From a virus (Duplodnaviria > Caudoviricetes), in IMG/VR virus record IMGVR_UViG_3300027902_000010, positions 1 through 61,447 of that record: a DNA stretch of 61,447 nt. One strand, given 5' to 3'. The translations under genes were made by a program, and so were the position numbers. Positions 57,272 to 61,447 of the stretch are shown in pieces. The notes beneath the pieces were generated by a model, which ran no database searches, was not told the origin of the DNA, and saw nothing but the letters and a program-made list of their open reading frames with translations. Position 1 is the first letter of the stretch, and each line of letters starts with the position of its first letter.

Positions 57272-57991
57272 ATGAGTCTCAAAGAGAAACTGAAAAAAGC
57301 GCAAGAGATATGGGATGAAGCCGAGACAGCAGAAGTCGGTGGAAAGAAACTCAAGGATGGCGAATACAAGTGCAAGGTTGAATCCATGTCCGTGGAGACG
57401 TCAAAGAGCAACAAGCGACTCCAGGTCAAAACCGTGTTCGAGGTTGTGAAGCCATCCAAGTTCGAAGGCCGGACGGTATGGCGGTTTGACGGCTTGACCG
57501 AGCAGGGAATGCCGTACTTCAAAGCCATGGCGCAGACGCTCGGTCTCGAAGTTCCGAGCAAGCTTTCAAAGCTGCCGGATGCTCTTGAAAGTTTTGTTGA
57601 AGATTTCGACGGCATCGTGGAGATCACAGTTGCTACCAAAGATGAGTTCACAAACGTCTATGTGAACGGCCTCGTCGAAGAAGGTGATGAGGATGAAGAT
57701 GAAGACGAGGACGAAGACAAGCCTACGAAAAAGAAAAAGTCCAAGAAGGACGAAGACGAAGACGAAGACGAAGACGAAGACGAAGACGAAGACGAAGACG
57801 AGGACGAAGAACCCAAGTCAAAGAAAAAGAAAAAGTCAAAGAAGGATGAAGACGAGGACGAAGACGAGGACGAAGACGAGGACGAAGACGAGGAAGAAGA
57901 TGAAGAGCCCAAGTCAAAGTCCAAGAAAAAGAAGCGGGCCGGCAAAGTCGACAAAGACGAGCCGCCACTTAAGAAGAAGAAAAAGAAGTAG
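57272..57991 (+). CDS. DUF669-like ssDNA-binding protein with alternating acidic/basic tail
   Basis: DGEY.C.V...SK OB-like N-terminus; (DE)n and K-rich blocks; AAGGAG SD. Confidence 0.75.
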   Translation: MSLKEKLKKAQEIWDEAETAEVGGKKLKDGEYKCKVESMSVETSKSNKRLQVKTVFEVVKPSKFEGRTVWRFDGLTEQGMPYFKAMAQTLGLEVPSKLSKLPDALESFVEDFDGIVEITVATKDEFTNVYVNGLVEEGDEDEDEDEDEDKPTKKKKSKKDEDEDEDEDEDEDEDEDEDEEPKSKKKKKSKKDEDEDEDEDEDEDEDEEEDEEPKSKSKKKKRAGKVDKDEPPLKKKKKK

Positions 57992-58000
57992 CTCCTGATC

Positions 58001-58098
58001 TCGGGACCAGGCTGAGAGCCCCGATAGTTAAGAGGACGATGTGAGGGTCGGTTTCGACCGAGGGATCATGTAACCGAGTCGTCCTCTCTCGCTTTTTT
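58001..58098 (+). terminator. Structured intergenic element / terminator-attenuator
   Basis: AGAGGACGA(58031-58039)/TCGTCCTCT(58079-58087) with inner hairpin; T6 at 58093-58098. Confidence 0.5.
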
Positions 58099-58117
58099 AT
58101 TGAAGACTGGAGAACCT

Positions 58118-60016
58118 ATGAGGAGAGTCCCATTTTCGGAGATGCTGCATGAGCAGCACTATAATAAACATATCATAGTAAAATGCTTCGTGTCCGGAAA
58201 GTCTATCTCTCCTTACGCCGTGCCAAAAACCATAAAAATAAAATGTTTAGGCGAGAGAGATAAGAAATGTAAAGGTGAATCCGAATGCGACTATTGCAAT
58301 CATAAGGTAAGTTTTGAAGGCAAGTATGTCGAGATGCTCAAGTTTATTGGAGTACCTGAAAATAACTTTAGGAATATTATCAAGAATTCATTTAAGCTTC
58401 CATGCTCATTCATGTTTGAAATTATAGATGTTCAAAACATTGAGCGGATATTTGTAACTGCGCCGACTGGCAAAGAGAGAATTCGAAACGTGGGAAACTA
58501 CGTCTGCTATAATTTTGGGTTAGGAATAGATGTGAATGTTATTTATGAGCTAGAGGGGTATTCTACTACCGACCCTAACACTCAGACAGGTACTTGTATA
58601 TTCATTGAATCAAGAAAGTTGAAATCAGACATTGAAACATTCTCACTTAAGAAGGCCAGGAGTGGCCTCGAAGAATTCCAGATCGAAGATATTACAGAAG
58701 ATAAGATGTATCTGCATCTTGAGCAGCTCTATGAATACTATGCCCGAAACGTCACAAAGATTTATGGAAGATTCCCGTTGCACCTGGCTGTTGACATGGC
58801 TTTTCGTAGCCCCATCTCATTCAGTATAAAAACTGAGAGAGTCCATAAAGGATGGACTGATATTATAATAATAGGTGATACGAGATGTGGGAAGGGGTAT
58901 GTTTCCGAGAAACTTGTAGAGTACTTCAACGTAGGTGAAACGATATCAGGTGACAATACAAGTTATGCTGGGCTAGTAGGCGGTATAGATCAGTATGACA
59001 ATCATCGCGTTATATCGTGGGGCAAGATTCCAATTAATGATCAGGGGTTGGTAGTGATAGATGAGGCTGGTGAAATAAAGCCAGAAGATTGGGGAAGACT
59101 ATCTCGAGTGAGATCAGAAGGAATCGCGGAGATTGTAAAAATTCAAAAGCAAATAACCAATGCTAGAACTCGTCTTATATTTCTTGCGAATCCACCACTG
59201 AAAACCATATCATCATATAGCTATGGAATTCAGGCGCTGCTTGATGTGGTGAAAGCGCCAGAAGATATTGCGCGATTTGATTATGCTCTCGTGGTGTCTC
59301 ACGATGAGGTAAGTATCGATGAAATAAACCAGCAGAGAACCGAAGTGAAGTCAATGTTCAGCTCGAAGCTTGAGCAAGATTTGATTATGTGGGTTTGGAG
59401 TAGAAAACATAATCAGATTTATTTTACAGACAAAGCGGTTGATACAATTTATAAGCGGGCGGTAGAGTTGGCCAAGAAATATTCATTTTCTATACCGCTT
59501 ATCCAAGGTGAGAATGTTAGAGTAAAGCTTGCGAAGTTGGCAGTATGTTTTGCAGGAAGAGTCTTTAGTAATAAACATGATGGCCAAATACTCCTGGTGA
59601 ATCGAGTTCATGTTGACTGCGCTTTCGCATTCTTCAATGTGATCTATCGGTTGGAAGCAAACGGCTACCTAGATTATTCTGTAATTCAAAGAGATATAGA
59701 TAGAGGAGCGAGCCCAGAAGACCTGAAACGTATTGACAAGTACTTCAAGTCATTCACCAATAGTCGACTTCGTCTTATGAAGTCTTTGTTCAGCAGCACT
59801 ACAATAAATATCCGTGACATCGTTGAGCAAGTGAATATATCCGAGGAGATTGCTCGTGAGTGTTTATCTAAGTTGAATGAAATGAAGCTTATAGCCAAGA
59901 TGCCTGCCACAAATTATTATAGAAAGAACCCTGGCTTCAACAAATGGTTGAAGGCGAAGATTATTCCACATGAGCTCGCTGAGAAAGGGAATTCCTATGG
60001 CGAAGTACACGATTAA
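58118..60016 (+). CDS. MCM-like AAA+ replicative helicase (no primase domain)
   Basis: GDTRCGKG, SYAGLVGG, G.IP.ND.G.V.IDE, LANP and RFD; N-terminal Zn/OB-like region. Confidence 0.85.
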   Translation: MRRVPFSEMLHEQHYNKHIIVKCFVSGKSISPYAVPKTIKIKCLGERDKKCKGESECDYCNHKVSFEGKYVEMLKFIGVPENNFRNIIKNSFKLPCSFMFEIIDVQNIERIFVTAPTGKERIRNVGNYVCYNFGLGIDVNVIYELEGYSTTDPNTQTGTCIFIESRKLKSDIETFSLKKARSGLEEFQIEDITEDKMYLHLEQLYEYYARNVTKIYGRFPLHLAVDMAFRSPISFSIKTERVHKGWTDIIIIGDTRCGKGYVSEKLVEYFNVGETISGDNTSYAGLVGGIDQYDNHRVISWGKIPINDQGLVVIDEAGEIKPEDWGRLSRVRSEGIAEIVKIQKQITNARTRLIFLANPPLKTISSYSYGIQALLDVVKAPEDIARFDYALVVSHDEVSIDEINQQRTEVKSMFSSKLEQDLIMWVWSRKHNQIYFTDKAVDTIYKRAVELAKKYSFSIPLIQGENVRVKLAKLAVCFAGRVFSNKHDGQILLVNRVHVDCAFAFFNVIYRLEANGYLDYSVIQRDIDRGASPEDLKRIDKYFKSFTNSRLRLMKSLFSSTTINIRDIVEQVNISEEIARECLSKLNEMKLIAKMPATNYYRKNPGFNKWLKAKIIPHELAEKGNSYGEVHD

Positions 60017-60251
60017 GGAGTTAAGAAAAATGCAAACATTCTCAAAAAGTCATGCTGAGTTCAAAGGTCTCATACAACATACGGTGTGGGTAAGAGACAA
60101 TCTTGAAGAAAGGGAGTTCCTTAAGAAGAGTCAAGATCAGGTACTTATAAATAGTAAGAGGACCGCGATCATTGTGAAGAACGGCGGGTTGCTTTCATTG
60201 TATGTTGATGACGTTTCCTATTGTCGAAAAGTGGCTAAGTCGCTGATTTAA
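59997..60251 (+). CDS. Small hypothetical protein
   Basis: MAKYTIKELRK... Confidence 0.5.
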   Translation: MAKYTIKELRKMQTFSKSHAEFKGLIQHTVWVRDNLEEREFLKKSQDQVLINSKRTAIIVKNGGLLSLYVDDVSYCRKVAKSLI

Positions 60252-60262
60252 TTCGCCTTTTT

Positions 60263-60305
60263 GGATGATTTTTTCATTGCATTCAAGCCAGGCTTGTGTT
60301 ATGAT
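60263..60305 (+). promoter_or_regulatory. Conserved-family promoter (variant)
   Basis: GGATGATTTTTTCA-TTGCAT-17 nt-TATGAT. Confidence 0.6.
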
Positions 60306-60370
60306 GGTGTCATAGCACTACCGCCTGGAAGGAGGGATGGAAAAAGTCGGCGGAGAATCCAACCTAATAC

Positions 60371-60652
60371 ATGGAGGCGACAATGAACAAGAAGACGAAC
60401 AAGAAGGCGACAGAATCCAAGAAGCAGGCCACACCGCCCGTGGCGACAGCGTCATTGCCAAAGAGTTTGGCGATATCCATTGACGGCCAATCCGTTCCAG
60501 GAATCTGGAAGATCAACAAGGAAACGGGCGAAGAAGGTTTCAAGACAGGTTCAAAAGGCTGGAGCGCAATGGGCAAGATATTTATCGCCGGCGTCCGCTG
60601 CCAAGTTTCATGTAACATCATCATCATCGGATCCAAGCCCGAGGAGGCGTAA
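60371..60652 (+). CDS. Small basic protein
   Basis: F.TGS.GW...GK...G...QV..N...IGSK pattern; likely start at 60383. Confidence 0.6.
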   Translation: MEATMNKKTNKKATESKKQATPPVATASLPKSLAISIDGQSVPGIWKINKETGEEGFKTGSKGWSAMGKIFIAGVRCQVSCNIIIIGSKPEEA

Positions 60653-60654
60653 CA

Positions 60655-61326
60655 ATGTTAAGAGGCGATGACTATGAGAAGATTGTCCGGAAGCTCCGGC
60701 CCATAAACTTGCTCATGACCAACGTCACGCCCGAGGAGCATGAAAGGTTAGAAGCAGGCGAGTTCACGTCAGATGCAGAAGAGAAAGCCTACCAGCAAAG
60801 AAATTTCGCGGAGGCGAATCAATCCCAAAACCGGTCTTCAAAAAAGACCACAACCAAAAAGGAGAATACCATGTCTAAGAAAGAAGCCGTAGAAGAAAAG
60901 AAATTATCCAAGGCCGAGAGGCGGGCAGCTCGTCGTGCAGCAGAGAAAGCCGAATCATCCAAGAAGTCAAAGAAGTCCGAGAAGTCCGAGAAGTCCGAGA
61001 AGTCTGAGAAGAAAGCAAAGAAGGCGAGCAAGAAAGACGAGACGTCAACCCGCGAATCCAAGACGGGCAAGTATACAAGTTTCCGTCATCTCGTCGAAGC
61101 CGTCTTCTACAAGAATCGCGAGGCGACTGTGGATGATGTTATTGCCATCGCCAAGAAAGAATATCCGGGCTGCTCATTCCTCACAGGCGGGCGCACTAAC
61201 AAGCGTTTCGGTTGGTATAAGTCTCACATCGTCAATCACGGCGAGTTCACTACCGTTGAGGCGCCGAAGTGGGCAAAGGGCGGAGCCAAGATCAAGAAGA
61301 ACAAGAAGTCAACCAAAGACGAATAA
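60655..61326 (+). CDS. Lys-rich histone-H1-like DNA-binding protein
   Basis: SEK repeats and K/A-rich tracts; second in-frame start with GGAG SD at 60871. Confidence 0.55.
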   Translation: MLRGDDYEKIVRKLRPINLLMTNVTPEEHERLEAGEFTSDAEEKAYQQRNFAEANQSQNRSSKKTTTKKENTMSKKEAVEEKKLSKAERRAARRAAEKAESSKKSKKSEKSEKSEKSEKKAKKASKKDETSTRESKTGKYTSFRHLVEAVFYKNREATVDDVIAIAKKEYPGCSFLTGGRTNKRFGWYKSHIVNHGEFTTVEAPKWAKGGAKIKKNKKSTKDE

Positions 61327-61348
61327 TATCAACCGCGTCTAACCTGTC

Positions 61349-61447
61349 GCCCGCATGGTATCACGCCATGCGGGTTTCTTTTTGTCCATTCTAGCAAAGA
61401 ACCTCTCCTCTATTATCCATTGATGGACATATTCTCTTTGATCCCAT
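61349..61447. repeat. Right terminal inverted repeat (99 bp)
   Basis: Exact reverse complement of 1-99. Confidence 0.97.
61350..61383 (+). terminator. Intrinsic terminator of the right arm, inside the TIR
   Basis: CCCGCATGG-TATCACG-CCATGCGGG-TTTCTTTTT. Confidence 0.87.

Noticed and set aside
57658-57998. Poly-Ser, RL-repeat and KT-repeat ORFs
   Set aside because: Alternative-frame shadows of the SSB acidic repeats.
37241-58098. tRNA genes in the structured intergenic regions
   Set aside because: No cloverleaf with T-loop GTTCRA and acceptor stem could be built by eye; a tRNAscan-SE run would be needed to exclude them fully.

Overview
The window looks like a near-complete ~61.4-kb dsDNA bacterial virus genome, bounded by perfect 99-bp inverted repeats (1-99 / 61349-61447). 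It has two divergent arms that meet at a ~350-bp AT-rich imperfect palindrome centred near 31177. The left arm (all minus strand) carries virion, entry and lysis genes: membrane-anchored SLT and LysM proteins, a GH24 lysozyme, a u-spanin-like lipoprotein, beta-rich putative jelly-roll capsid and spike proteins, Arg-rich 'NP' core-like proteins, a transglutaminase-like Cys enzyme, two glycosyltransferases and a methyltransferase. The right arm (all plus strand) carries replication and metabolism genes: minimal TopIB, ATP-dependent ligase, three radical SAM enzymes, split transketolase, a dNMP kinase-UDG fusion, dCTPase/dUTPase, a divergent C5-MTase, a dCMP-type thymidylate synthase homolog, PolA, RuvC-like resolvase, SNF2 helicase, PD-(D/E)xK nuclease, Sak4-like ATPase, SSB and an MCM-like helicase. 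I could not recognise an HK97 capsid, portal, intact terminase, FtsK/HerA packaging ATPase, protein-primed PolB, primase or integrase. My inference is a tailless, membrane-containing virus of a diderm bacterium. The most notable signals are: recurring hydrophobic-x-G-hydrophobic-G and NP motifs across virion proteins (a possible maturation or sorting system), an in-frame UGA followed by a SECIS-like hairpin (a possible viral selenoprotein), the central palindrome with an unresolved end-replication problem, and cytosine-modification and glycan-synthesis modules. All family assignments come from motif reading by eye, not from database searches.
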